Of a DNA stretch of 64,000 nucleotides, positions 1-8,706 are shown in pieces (the stretch's first letter is position 1; every line of letters starts with the position of its first letter). Source of the DNA: an uncultured virus (IMG/VR IMGVR_UViG_3300025400_000009). Taxonomy: Duplodnaviria; Heunggongvirae; Uroviricota; Caudoviricetes. The DNA lies in IMG/VR virus record IMGVR_UViG_3300025400_000009. The stretch is one strand, 5' to 3'. The notes under the pieces are model-generated. The model ran no database searches and was not told where the DNA came from. It saw only the letters and a program-made list of their open reading frames with translations. The position numbers and the translations under genes are program-made.

Positions 1-671
1 CTACCGGATTGATATCCGGGTTGACCAGTACCACCACTGCCACTATAACCGCCAGCGCCGCCCGCCCAGCCTAGTGAGCCTCCATTGCCGCCATAGCCAC
101 CGCCACCCCCGGCATAGGATCCACCGTTACCACCATAAGCATAACTACTGCCGCAGCAACAACCTGCTGCTGCGCCGCCACCGCCGAGGCCAGCTACTTG
201 CCCGCAGCTAATGAACCAAGAATCAAAACCATTGCCGCCCCCACCAGAACCATTGCCTACCTGCAGGTTATAACCAGAGCCGGGCGTAACAGAAATGTTA
301 TTTCGCCAACCCAGACCTCCACCCCCACCGCCTGCGTAGAAACTTCCATTATAACAAGCGCCGCCACCTCCACCACCAATAGCAACCACACTCACTGAGG
401 TAACCCCAGCAGGAGCAAACCATGTGTAGAGTGACGAAGCGCCGCATGAAAAGTAAGTCGCACACCCACTAGAACTCTTTCCATAAAAGTCACTGAAACT
501 AATACGGGTACCACTGCCCGCTTTTCCCGCCAAACTGCGTAGCGTGGAGCAGTTCAAACTCAGTGTGGTACGGGCGGTGTCGCCTACTTCAGCGCCGATT
601 TGGTTACGGGATCCACTGCCGCCGGTGCAGTTATTATTCAATCCCAATGTGCCTGATGATTTAATGGTCAT
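1..671 (-). CDS. Glycine-rich virion/adhesin-like protein (partial, runs off window start)
   Basis: Own translation from ATG at 671: MTIKSSGTLGLNNN...RISFSDFYGKS...WFAPAGVTSVSVVAIGGGGGG...; the frame is open to the window edge. ISFSDFYGK plus a Gly-rich domain is typical of phage fibre-tip proteins. TAAATA lies upstream (705-710, - strand). Confidence 0.75.
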   Translation of the reverse strand, partial: MTIKSSGTLGLNNNCTGGSGSRNQIGAEVGDTARTTLSLNCSTLRSLAGKAGSGTRISFSDFYGKSSSGCATYFSCGASSLYTWFAPAGVTSVSVVAIGGGGGGACYNGSFYAGGGGGGLGWRNNISVTPGSGYNLQVGNGSGGGGNGFDSWFISCGQVAGLGGGGAAAGCCCGSSYAYGGNGGSYAGGGGGYGGNGGSLGWAGGAGGYSGSGGTGQPGYQSG

Positions 672-731
672 ATGTATGTGGCCGCCCTATAATATATCTC
701 ATGGTATTTATCGACTTTAAATACAAGTACA

Positions 732-950
732 ATGAAAGCCTGGGAACCCATAGACACCACACCAGTGGCACGCCTTTACAATCAAAATGGCCGTGGCATC
801 AGCATATACCTCAACGATCTCACAATCCTAGCATGGTTTGAAGCCACTCAGCCCCACAATGAGTGGACTTGGTTTGACTACCCAAGAACACTGACCATGA
901 CCGCCCGAGTCTATACCATGTTCTTGCTCAAATTTGGCAGCGGTATATAA
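732..950 (+). CDS. Hypothetical phage protein
   Basis: 72-aa ORF with TAAATA at 718-723 just upstream. Its C-terminal MFLLKFG resembles LFLLRFG of ORF 12639..12959. Confidence 0.6.
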   Translation: MKAWEPIDTTPVARLYNQNGRGISIYLNDLTILAWFEATQPHNEWTWFDYPRTLTMTARVYTMFLLKFGSGI

Positions 951-997
951 AAAACACACATTATAACCCCAAAAATATATCATGTGTGTATGTGTGG

Positions 998-1026
998 TTG
1001 ACTAGGTGCCCCGAATCCAGTATAAT
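998..1026 (+). promoter_or_regulatory. sigma70-type promoter
   Basis: TTGACT(998-1003)-17 bp-TATAAT(1021-1026), followed by a CA-rich leader to ATG 1065. Confidence 0.75.
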
Positions 1027-1064
1027 ATTAACTTCTAAACACACACACGCATATATACACGCAT

Positions 1065-1538
1065 ATGACTGAACAAGAAATAGACAGCATTTTGGCTTTG
1101 GGCGACCGAGTAATCATGGACATGGCCTGGGATGTTTTGATGTCGGGCAACAGCAAGTGGTTGTACCAAAGAATCGATGAGGAAACTGGCACCAAGCTCA
1201 GTACCGTGCTACATGGCATGAAACTGCGTGCCACCAAGTGCTGGAATCGTAGTCAACGCATGGGTTTTGACTACGGTCTAGACATGCAGGATCTAACCCG
1301 ACTGTGGATCACGCAACGGGGACGATGCGTTATAACCGGTATAGCCATGAGCTTTGAAACATCAGCTGACCGTAATCCCCGTAGCTGTAGTGTGGACAGG
1401 ATTCTCAGCTACAGGGGCTATACCAAGGACAACATTAGACTATGCAGTTTTTGGGCCAACAATGCCATGAATGCGTGGGGACGAGACCTCCTAGAAGAAA
1501 TGATTAGAGCCAGCGCACAGCAAATGAACTTGGTATGA
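1065..1538 (+). CDS. HNH-like (His-Me finger) endonuclease family protein
   Basis: Q-x-GRCVITG...SVDRI..x..GYTKDNIRLC...N motif pattern. Confidence 0.65.
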   Translation: MTEQEIDSILALGDRVIMDMAWDVLMSGNSKWLYQRIDEETGTKLSTVLHGMKLRATKCWNRSQRMGFDYGLDMQDLTRLWITQRGRCVITGIAMSFETSADRNPRSCSVDRILSYRGYTKDNIRLCSFWANNAMNAWGRDLLEEMIRASAQQMNLV

Positions 1539-1720
1539 CAACATCAATACCCACTGTGATACTGAGTTTTTGGCTAGCAGTAAATGGTGTACCACAATGG
1601 GTTGAACAGGGGCGATATGCCACACCAGAAGCCTGTAGTCGCGCTGCGCGAAGCGCAACGAAAAACAATCCAACCCAAAACCCACCAGTGTGGCGCTGTA
1701 TATACGCACAGCAACAATAA
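1535..1720 (+). CDS. Small hypothetical protein
   Basis: 61 aa; ATGA overlap with the upstream stop; hydrophobic N-terminus and two Cys. Confidence 0.45.
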   Translation: MTTSIPTVILSFWLAVNGVPQWVEQGRYATPEACSRAARSATKNNPTQNPPVWRCIYAQQQ

Positions 1721-1763
1721 CAGTAACTCAGTCACACACACACAATATAAGTAATGTGTATAT

Positions 1764-2048
1764 ATGTCAAGAATCACTAGCTTTGAACCCACTAACTACA
1801 TCCAGCAACAACAGCATCAACAACAGTACGTGCCTGTGAAGTTTGAGTTTACAACAACAACGACGTCCACAGAACAGGAAGTGGCTAATAGACAAATACA
1901 GGAAAATATACGGCAAGCACTGGCCTATGTGGAACATGTACACGCTGATCAAGAGTGGCAAGATCACGTATACAGTGACCTAGTGAGCCAAAGACAACAT
2001 CAAGCCTACATAGCGAGCACCTACGGACTACTGGATATCACAGTGTAA
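1764..2048 (+). CDS. Hypothetical Gln/Thr-rich protein
   Basis: 94-aa ORF; TAAGTA (late-promoter variant) upstream. Confidence 0.5.
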   Translation: MSRITSFEPTNYIQQQQHQQQYVPVKFEFTTTTTSTEQEVANRQIQENIRQALAYVEHVHADQEWQDHVYSDLVSQRQHQAYIASTYGLLDITV

Positions 2049-2115
2049 GAAACTCCCTACTAGATATATACACTATATACACAGCGTAAAAACCCCGCTG
2101 TAGAGGTCTAGTGTG

Positions 2116-2159
2116 AGAACGGTGAAACTATGGTTGAAGAACGGTGAAACTATGGTTGA
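2116..2159 (+). repeat. Perfect 2 x 22-bp tandem repeat AGAACGGTGAAACTATGGTTGA
   Basis: Copies at 2116-2137 and 2138-2159. Confidence 0.9.
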
Positions 2160-2460
2160 CCATTCTACGATAGCCTCCCAACCTGTCAACCACGGTTCAA
2201 CATTTTAGCCACAGATTTTCTCAAGTTTTTTCACCTTTTCGAGTCATTTTGGAGGGCATTCTGGCCTGTTTTACCACCTTTAGGCCGGGTTTTTTCACCG
2301 TTGATCATCGTGGTTATAAGCAGGTTTAAACACCCTAAATACAGTGAGTCCACAGTGAGTCTACGGTGACGACAACCCCCTGATTGCCCAAACCGTGGAC
2401 TGATGTTATACTATATACAGTACATGAAAACCCCGCTGTAGACTTTATACTATATACTAT

Positions 2461-2706
2461 ATGACACTAAGCAAGGAAGAAGCAGATATACTAGCACTTA
2501 AACAGTATACACATGACTATGAGGATGCTGCTATACTGGCCTTTAGAGGAGACTTCTATACACTATACCAAGTGTTCCAGGAGCAGTTTGAAGCGCTAAT
2601 CAACTATGACAGCACGGAAGACTGCATGGGCACCATAGTATACCGTAGCGGTGGGCGCATGATTGCCTACTATGACTGGGAGCGGTTCGCTGGCGCTGTA
2701 CTATAA
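2461..2706 (+). CDS. Hypothetical protein
   Basis: 81-aa ORF bracketed by two AAAACCCCGCTGTAG copies. Confidence 0.6.
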   Translation: MTLSKEEADILALKQYTHDYEDAAILAFRGDFYTLYQVFQEQFEALINYDSTEDCMGTIVYRSGGRMIAYYDWERFAGAVL

Positions 2707-2741
2707 AACCCCGCTGTAGTATATAGTGTATATAGTGTGTA

Positions 2742-2903
2742 CTAGACCACTAGATCCATGAACTGCTGTAGGACCTGATGATAAGCTTCTAGTTCCTGCT
2801 CTGAGAAGTCTTCCCTATGAGTTTCTATATACTGTAGAGTTTCTAGCAGGGGCATGTCTAGTTCCCAGCGGATGCTCATTATGGTGTTTAGGGCTTCACT
2901 CAT
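2742..2903 (-). CDS. Small hypothetical protein (53 aa)
   Basis: Own translation MSEALNTIMSIRWELDMPLLETLQYIETHREDFSEQELEAYHQVLQQFMDLVV; GAGGAG upstream; resembles ORF 3342..3527. Confidence 0.6.
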   Translation of the reverse strand: MSEALNTIMSIRWELDMPLLETLQYIETHREDFSEQELEAYHQVLQQFMDLVV

Positions 2904-2906
2904 GGT

Positions 2907-3185
2907 TCACTCCTCGATCAAGTTCAGCATGTTGGCAGGCACTTTCCAAAGTCCTTCAATGGTTCTTACTGTTACGTACTTTTGAGCGATCTTGTTGACA
3001 GTGCCATTAACTGTGCGGCCCGTTTTAGTACTAGTAAAGTACACACTGTCGCCCAACATAAGGCTGCGGATCCGGTTTTTGCCCAGACGTGATTTGGCAT
3101 ACTTAATGGCTTCTTGTATACTGTTAAGTTCATCGTTGGTGTAGTTGCCGGCGATGATTGTGCTAGCGACGGTGTTTGCGTTCAT
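2907..3185 (-). CDS. Hypothetical early protein (SH3/KOW-like beta-rich C-terminus)
   Basis: 92 aa with its own sigma70 promoter and AAGG RBS. Confidence 0.75.
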   Translation of the reverse strand: MNANTVASTIIAGNYTNDELNSIQEAIKYAKSRLGKNRIRSLMLGDSVYFTSTKTGRTVNGTVNKIAQKYVTVRTIEGLWKVPANMLNLIEE

Positions 3186-3215
3186 AGCGAGTGCCTTTCT
3201 AGTGTTGATGTGTGT

Positions 3216-3244
3216 ATTGTACTACAGTGAGCTCAAAGTGTCAA
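3216..3244 (-). promoter_or_regulatory. sigma70-type early promoter
   Basis: Minus strand TTGACA-17-TACAAT followed by ACACACATCAACACTAGAAAGG. Confidence 0.8.
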
Positions 3245-3341
3245 GAGGTTTACAAAACTTTACATTCCGTTGTTTTTCTGCGATAATGGGGATAATCATT
3301 ATCCAATACGATTATCGGGGATTATCTCCCCGGATTATCAT

Positions 3342-3527
3342 TTAATCAATAACCATATTAGCAAACTGCATTAACTCCGAATATGTTTCATCGTATGCGA
3401 TAATCAAATCATTATCGATCTCAGCAAGTTCGTCATAATGATCGCCAATATAACGTACAGCTTCAATTAATGTAAATCCAGTATCTCTAACATAATTTGC
3501 AAATACTACTAAATGATGACGTGACAT
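3342..3527 (-). CDS. Hypothetical early protein
   Basis: 61 aa; AGGAG RBS and its own promoter. Confidence 0.7.
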   Translation of the reverse strand: MSRHHLVVFANYVRDTGFTLIEAVRYIGDHYDELAEIDNDLIIAYDETYSELMQFANMVID

Positions 3528-3561
3528 AATACTCCTATAATGTTTTAGTGTTTAAGCGTGT

Positions 3562-3590
3562 ATTATACTGCGTTTTGGCTCAATGAGCAA
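3562..3590 (-). promoter_or_regulatory. sigma70-type early promoter
   Basis: Minus strand TTGCTC-17-TATAAT followed by ACACGCTTAAACACTAAAA. Confidence 0.7.
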
Positions 3591-3715
3591 GCAACTTTAC
3601 AATTCGTTGTGTTTTTACAACGGTAGCTCACTTTACATAACTTTACAATAAACTTGTTGACACGCTGGGCAAGAGCTTGTATAATACACACATACACTAA
3701 AAAGGAGCACTCACT

Positions 3716-3973
3716 ATGCTTACAAACTGCACTGCTTACGCTAAAATTGTAACTGTAAAGCGCACTAATACTCAGCGTGTTTTAGTAACTTTTGATAATA
3801 CAAAAAAGGATAAACATAACTGCATTATAGTTAATAGCCATAATGCTGTATATAAAAGCGGGGACATTATAAATTTGGAAACTTATAATGCACAACAACG
3901 GGCCCATGCTATTGCTACAACTATGCAAAGTGTTAGAGATACCCTGCGTGTCAAAAACATTGTGCTAGTTTAA
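3716..3973 (+). CDS. Hypothetical early protein
   Basis: Own promoter plus AAGGAG RBS. Confidence 0.75.
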   Translation: MLTNCTAYAKIVTVKRTNTQRVLVTFDNTKKDKHNCIIVNSHNAVYKSGDIINLETYNAQQRAHAIATTMQSVRDTLRVKNIVLV

Positions 3974-4036
3974 AAAAAGACTTGACAGCGGCGCCGTTCC
4001 GCTGTATAATACACACTTAAACACTAAAGGAGCACT

Positions 4037-4264
4037 ATGTCAAAAGCACTTAACAAACGCATTGCCGACGCCTTCGCTACAATTTACGACCAGGGCGACA
4101 ACGGGCTAGAATACATGGACGGCCATATTGCAATGGACCATGTGTTAATGGAGCATTTTTACAACGACACGCTAGAGACTCTAAACAAAGAGGACAAAAC
4201 AAAAATGGCAGTAATGTTAGAGGAAGTTGTAAGCGATATGTCGTTTGACTTAGAGTCTTTTTGA
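4037..4264 (+). CDS. Hypothetical early protein
   Basis: Own promoter plus AAGGAG RBS. Confidence 0.75.
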   Translation: MSKALNKRIADAFATIYDQGDNGLEYMDGHIAMDHVLMEHFYNDTLETLNKEDKTKMAVMLEEVVSDMSFDLESF

Positions 4265-4300
4265 TGTTATAATACACACATACACTAAAAGGAGCTGACA

Positions 4301-4516
4301 ATGTCTAACTACCCAAATATGAGCTATTGTATGTGCGAGAACACGCTGGCGGCCCTGCGTCAAGTGTTGAGCGCTATGCAGGAGGAAGGGCCCATGTTCC
4401 TGCAGGATATGAGCAGGGACGAGCGACGGGCTTTTGAACAGTTGTTCAACGCTTGCGAAACTTTTGTCAATGTGGCAGAAGAGTTGGAAGAAGAGCTTGA
4501 CACCGCTGAGTTTTGA
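4301..4516 (+). CDS. Hypothetical early protein (MSYCMCENT motif, acidic C-terminus)
   Basis: Own promoter plus AAGGAG RBS. Confidence 0.75.
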   Translation: MSNYPNMSYCMCENTLAALRQVLSAMQEEGPMFLQDMSRDERRAFEQLFNACETFVNVAEELEEELDTAEF

Positions 4517-4553
4517 TAGTATAATACATTTTTAACACACAAAGGAGCTGACT

Positions 4554-4694
4554 ATGGATTGGATAGAACTTGCGCTAGAGCAGATAGTTCGAGATGTTGA
4601 AGCAGGCGACTTGAGCGCCGTTGCTGAACTGTTGAAGTTTGTGCCCGAAGAGAATCTTATTGCTTTTTTACCTGAGGAGATCCAAAATGCCTAA
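4554..4694 (+). CDS. Small hypothetical early protein (46 aa)
   Basis: Own translation MDWIELALEQIVRDVEAGDLSAVAELLKFVPEENLIAFLPEEIQNA; promoter at 4497 plus AAGGAG. Confidence 0.7.
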   Translation: MDWIELALEQIVRDVEAGDLSAVAELLKFVPEENLIAFLPEEIQNA

Positions 4695-5283
4695 TTGGTG
4701 CTATAACACTGTGGAACTGACCCACGAAGATCCCACTATGATTGCTCGTGCAAAGTCCGCGTTCTTAGACAAAGGCTTGCTCAATGAGTTCGTGCCCATT
4801 CCTGAAGAACTCAAGATCACCGCAGGCTGCTTAGGAGAAGGTGCTGAACAAGCGGCTCTCGAAGCACGAGAAGCAGCCAACTTGGAGAAGCATGGCTACC
4901 GCAACTGGTATGACTACTGCGTCAACGAGTGGGGTACCAAGTGGGATGTCACTGGACAAGAAGTCAACGATATCCCCAACGGTGTGATCCTGACCTTTGA
5001 TTCGGCTTGGGCACCTCCCACTGGTGCCTATGACAAGCTCTTGGATTTGGGCTTTGAAGTTCGTGCTATGTATTACGAACCCGGCATGGGTTTCTGCGGT
5101 GTTTGGGACAATGGACAGGACGATGAGTATAGTTTGGGCGGCTTGAACAGCGATGAAGTAGCGGAGCTCTTGCCCCCTGAACTCGATGAAGCCTATGGTA
5201 TCTCTGAGTCCATTGCTGAGTATGAGGACGAGGAAAATATCGACATCGAGTTAAACGGCGGTATTGACAGCATCAACGAATGA
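4687..5283 (+). CDS. YubB/Api92-like ferredoxin-fold protein (DUF1281-like)
   Basis: MPNWCYN start, WYDYCVNEWGTKWDV, FDSAWAPP and YYEPGMGFCG motifs; start moved to ATG 4687 after GAGGAG. Confidence 0.75.
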   Translation: MPNWCYNTVELTHEDPTMIARAKSAFLDKGLLNEFVPIPEELKITAGCLGEGAEQAALEAREAANLEKHGYRNWYDYCVNEWGTKWDVTGQEVNDIPNGVILTFDSAWAPPTGAYDKLLDLGFEVRAMYYEPGMGFCGVWDNGQDDEYSLGGLNSDEVAELLPPELDEAYGISESIAEYEDEENIDIELNGGIDSINE

Positions 5284-5320
5284 CTGTATAATACATACTT
5301 ACACACTAAGGAGCACCACT

Positions 5321-5695
5321 ATGCAATACTATGACACACTGACTAAGTTTGAACGCAACGGTTTGACTGTCATCGTTGACAAGACCTATGAGGACTTGAG
5401 CCCACGGGACTTGTTTGAAGAATCGGATGTTGATGAGATCATCCGCAAGATTGATCGTGGCATCTACGATTGGTTTATGTTGCGTGTTCGTGTTATGTTT
5501 GAAGACTTGGAACTGGCTAGTGAGTATTTGGGTGGATGTTGCTATGAAGACGCCAAGGAAGTGCTCACTGACGGTGTTGCCGAAGACTTGATCTTCGAGG
5601 CCATGGCTCACGCCCAAAAGCGAGTCTCAGACTTGGCCAATAAGTTCACATTGAAAACTTGGGAACTGGCAATGGTTGACAAAGAGTTGGCTTGA
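5321..5695 (+). CDS. Hypothetical early protein
   Basis: Start moved to ATG 5321, after the promoter and AAGGAG. Confidence 0.75.
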   Translation: MQYYDTLTKFERNGLTVIVDKTYEDLSPRDLFEESDVDEIIRKIDRGIYDWFMLRVRVMFEDLELASEYLGGCCYEDAKEVLTDGVAEDLIFEAMAHAQKRVSDLANKFTLKTWELAMVDKELA

Positions 5696-5730
5696 TAGTA
5701 TAATACATACTTCACAACAAGGAGAGGGCT

Positions 5731-5943
5731 ATGGCATATCGCGTTTTGGACACTGTGGATCGTATGCGCGACAAGTATGGCCCCCGTAAGGGGCTGGAAG
5801 GTCCCTTTAACTTCTCGGGTCGTGTGTTGTACTATGATCCCAAGGAAGGGCAGTACTATGATCCTACCACAGACTTCTATGTGAGCCAAGAGGATATGGA
5901 TTTTATCAACAAAGAGTTTATGGATAGGTTTCGAGCGGCATGA
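5731..5943 (+). CDS. Hypothetical early protein with tandem YYDP motif
   Basis: LYYDPKEGQYYDPTTDFY; own promoter and AAGGAG. Confidence 0.75.
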   Translation: MAYRVLDTVDRMRDKYGPRKGLEGPFNFSGRVLYYDPKEGQYYDPTTDFYVSQEDMDFINKEFMDRFRAA

Positions 5944-6161
5944 ATGAACGACTACAGTGGGCCGGCACGGCCTGCTTCATGGTGATGTACGTGTTAATGA
6001 GCTTCTTCCCTGAACTGCATCCTTGGAATGTGGTAGCGGGAACGTTAGGGGGCTTATTCTATATGGCATGGAGTCTGCGTGTCAAGAATCGGCCGCAGAT
6101 CATTACAAACGGCGTAGGCATCACTGTCTGCGTCTGTGGATTAATAAAATATTTTGGTTGA
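5940..6161 (+). CDS. Small membrane protein (about 3 TM)
   Basis: Three hydrophobic segments; ATGA overlap with the upstream gene. Confidence 0.65.
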   Translation: MNERLQWAGTACFMVMYVLMSFFPELHPWNVVAGTLGGLFYMAWSLRVKNRPQIITNGVGITVCVCGLIKYFG

Positions 6162-6207
6162 CAAAGCAGCGTTTTGGTTGTATAATACAATTTTAGGAGC
6201 AGCAGAA

Positions 6208-6444
6208 ATGATTCTAGCACACACTCTCAAGACACTTATCTCATTTGAAGCACCCATGCTGAGTAGTTTGGCTGGGGAAGAATACACTGGCGCTGAGTTC
6301 CTGGGTATCACCAACGGCGGCGAGTTTTGCTATACCGTAAACTTCCTGGTCAAAGGTGGCACTGACAGCAAAAAAGTATTCCTGAGATTTGATGCAGGCA
6401 GCGTGAAATTGGTTGACAAAGAACACGCTTGGCACTATAATTAA
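6208..6444 (+). CDS. Hypothetical early protein
   Basis: Start moved to ATG 6208, after promoter 6158 and AGGAG. Confidence 0.7.
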   Translation: MILAHTLKTLISFEAPMLSSLAGEEYTGAEFLGITNGGEFCYTVNFLVKGGTDSKKVFLRFDAGSVKLVDKEHAWHYN

Positions 6445-6468
6445 GACTTACACACACTAGGAGCACAC

Positions 6469-6708
6469 ATGAAAGTATCAGCACTCATCGAAATGTTGCG
6501 TGACTTCCCAGAAGATGCCGAAGTCCATTTCTCGTATAACTACGGCGATCACTGGCGTACTGAAGTCGCTCCCCGTGTGAACCAAGTGTTCGAGGGCATT
6601 GTCAAACATAGTGACTATCACCGTATGGACAAGCTCATGGACGAGCATGACATGTACGAAGATGAAGGCGACTTCGAAGGTACTCGCCGTGTAGTAGTTA
6701 TTGGTTGA
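6469..6708 (+). CDS. Hypothetical early protein
   Basis: MKVSALIEML..PEDAEV N-terminus; own promoter and RBS. Confidence 0.75.
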   Translation: MKVSALIEMLRDFPEDAEVHFSYNYGDHWRTEVAPRVNQVFEGIVKHSDYHRMDKLMDEHDMYEDEGDFEGTRRVVVIG

Positions 6709-6763
6709 CAGTTGAGCAAAACGGCGTTATAATATACACTTAAACACACTAGGAGTATTACAA

Positions 6764-7231
6764 ATGGGAACACGAAGCACTATCGCATTGGAATTCGCAG
6801 ACGGTACCGTAGAGCAGATCTACTGCCACTGGGATGGCTACTTGGAACACAATGGCGCTATCCTGCGCGATCACTATTCAGATCCATTCGTATTGCGCGA
6901 TTTGATTGACATGGGTGATATGAGTTCGCTGGGCAAGGTCATTGGTGAGGCACATCCGTTCAGCCCGCACTCTAGCCCAGAAGACAAGGCCCTGTACGAA
7001 GCCGCTCGTGAAGCAGGCTACTGCACATTCTACGCACGAGATCGTGGCGAGACTGGTGTAAGTGCCAAGAAGTTCGCAGACTTTGAGGACTACAGAAAGA
7101 ATCACCAGTATGAAGAATACGAATACATCCTGCGCAACATCGACGGCCGGGCCACTTGGTTCGTTGATGATCACGGCGGCGGCTATGTAACATTGGCAGA
7201 AGCATTTCAAAAGGAAGAGGTCGCAGCATGA
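6764..7231 (+). CDS. Conserved phage early protein (MGTRS...YCHWDGY family)
   Basis: Motifs MGTRSTI, IYCHWDGY, FYARDRGE and EEYEYI; own promoter and RBS. Confidence 0.8.
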   Translation: MGTRSTIALEFADGTVEQIYCHWDGYLEHNGAILRDHYSDPFVLRDLIDMGDMSSLGKVIGEAHPFSPHSSPEDKALYEAAREAGYCTFYARDRGETGVSAKKFADFEDYRKNHQYEEYEYILRNIDGRATWFVDDHGGGYVTLAEAFQKEEVAA

Positions 7232-7401
7232 GCAAGATGAATGAACTGAACTACGAGATTGAACAACTCTACATCGAGGGCTATCGCCCTTCGACCATAG
7301 CCACAAGGCTTGGCATCGCTGTGGACATTGTCTATCAGTGGATTGAAAACGAGAGCCTGGCTCAAAGTGAGTATGATCCCTACGAAACAATCAATTCATA
7401 A
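7228..7401 (+). CDS. Small HTH-like protein (57 aa)
   Basis: Own translation MSKMNELNYEIEQLYIEGYRPSTIATRLGIAVDIVYQWIENESLAQSEYDPYETINS; ATGA overlap; HTH pattern IA-RLGI---VYQW. Confidence 0.6.
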   Translation: MSKMNELNYEIEQLYIEGYRPSTIATRLGIAVDIVYQWIENESLAQSEYDPYETINS

Positions 7402-7516
7402 GTGTTGTGAAAATACAACACAAAAAGAGTTGACAGATAAACCATTTGACATTACAATATATACATAAGTTGAAAGATCGACTTATATTTTTTAAACACA
7501 CACAGAAAGGTATTTT

Positions 7517-7960
7517 ATGACTGATAAGCTCTTCTCCCACGCTGGTTTTTCCCTCCACAAAGGCTCTTACAAAGCTCGTTTCGCCAATGATGCTCTCCGC
7601 GTCAAGGTTCTCGAAAAGGATGGCCATACTGACATCCAAATGACTGCGTTGATTCAACCTTCTACCAAACAAGAAGCTGTTGAAGCACTGTTGAAGGCCA
7701 ACTTCGCAGGTGAGAACGCATTGGCCAAGGCCGCATTGGAAGCCGAGTTGGACAAGCGTAGCGACGCTCCTAAAGCAGTAAAGGCCACTCCTAAGGCCAA
7801 AGCAGCTCCTAAGGCCAAGGCCAAGAAGGACATCACACTGGACTCTATCATGGCCAAGGCTATCACTAGCCCTGTAGAGATTCCTCAGGTTGCCGCTAAG
7901 GAAAAGTCTCGTGCAGAGATCCAAGCAGAATTGGATGCCATGGACGCCGCTCCATTCTAA
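7517..7960 (+). CDS. Protein with a Lys/Ala/Pro-rich (histone H1-like) segment
   Basis: APKAVKATPKAKAAPKAKAKK; own promoter. Confidence 0.75.
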   Translation: MTDKLFSHAGFSLHKGSYKARFANDALRVKVLEKDGHTDIQMTALIQPSTKQEAVEALLKANFAGENALAKAALEAELDKRSDAPKAVKATPKAKAAPKAKAKKDITLDSIMAKAITSPVEIPQVAAKEKSRAEIQAELDAMDAAPF

Positions 7961-8031
7961 CCCTGGTGTGACAGGAAAGGGGTTGACACAGCCCCTTTCT
8001 TCTAGTATAATACAATTTTAGGAGCCGATCA

Positions 8032-8250
8032 ATGAGCAAGTTAGAACTATTTGGCCGTCCTTGGACACCATTCGATGCCTATAACAAAGACCATCGTCGT
8101 TGGTTCTTTGAGTTCCAAACTCGAAAGACTTGGGGTCATTGCCCAGTCCGTTTCATTATTCCCGATGATGGTGGTGATTTGATTACTCTATGCCAACGAC
8201 GTCTTGTGGACTTCTACAGCAAGAAAGAGTTTGGGCAAACTGAAGGTTGA
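8032..8250 (+). CDS. Hypothetical early protein
   Basis: Own promoter plus AGGAG. Confidence 0.75.
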   Translation: MSKLELFGRPWTPFDAYNKDHRRWFFEFQTRKTWGHCPVRFIIPDDGGDLITLCQRRLVDFYSKKEFGQTEG

Positions 8251-8293
8251 TTATAACGCTATCTCCTGTTATACTATATAAAAGGAGAAAACG

Positions 8294-8539
8294 ATGAGTT
8301 TTACAACATTGAAAACAACACAAAACGAGTTCTTGGAACAACACCTACGTGGTACAGGCCGCACAATGAGCGCCCGTCAAGCAGAAGTCACATATGGTAT
8401 CAAGAACATTAGAGCACGAATGACCGAGCTTCGTCAAGCCGGTTTGAAGGTCAATCGCACAGTGAACACAGAAGGCCGCAGTGCTTACTCTGTGAGCGCT
8501 CGTGACGTCAAAGGTAGCCGAGCTGCTATCTTTGCCTAA
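8294..8539 (+). CDS. Putative winged-helix DNA-binding protein
   Basis: MSARQAEVTYGIKNIRARMTELRQAGLKV helix-turn-helix-like pattern; AAGGAG RBS. Confidence 0.65.
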   Translation: MSFTTLKTTQNEFLEQHLRGTGRTMSARQAEVTYGIKNIRARMTELRQAGLKVNRTVNTEGRSAYSVSARDVKGSRAAIFA

Positions 8540-8540
8540 G

Positions 8541-8656
8541 ATTCGGGGGTAGTGTCCCGAATAGATCCCGATTGCTCCTCGGGATCAATGTTAGTGTGCC
8601 GGGGGTAGTGTCCCGGTTCTGGATAGGGCCGCTCGGGAGAGCCGCCCTATTCTTTT
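8541..8656 (+). other. Cluster of four tandem stem-loops (structured RNA), the last terminator-like
   Basis: CGGGGGTAGTGTCCCG twice, GATCCCGA-N7-TCGGGATC, and GGATAGGGC...GCCCTATTC followed by TTTT. Confidence 0.6.
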
Positions 8657-8706
8657 GGTTGCATTTTGGCTCGTTTGGTTGTATAATATACACATAGGGA
8701 AAAGAA

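Larger units (their letters stand above)
2089..2719 (+). repeat. Three dispersed copies of the 15-mer AAAACCCCGCTGTAG
   Basis: Exact copies at 2089-2103, 2427-2441 and 2705-2719. Confidence 0.9.
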
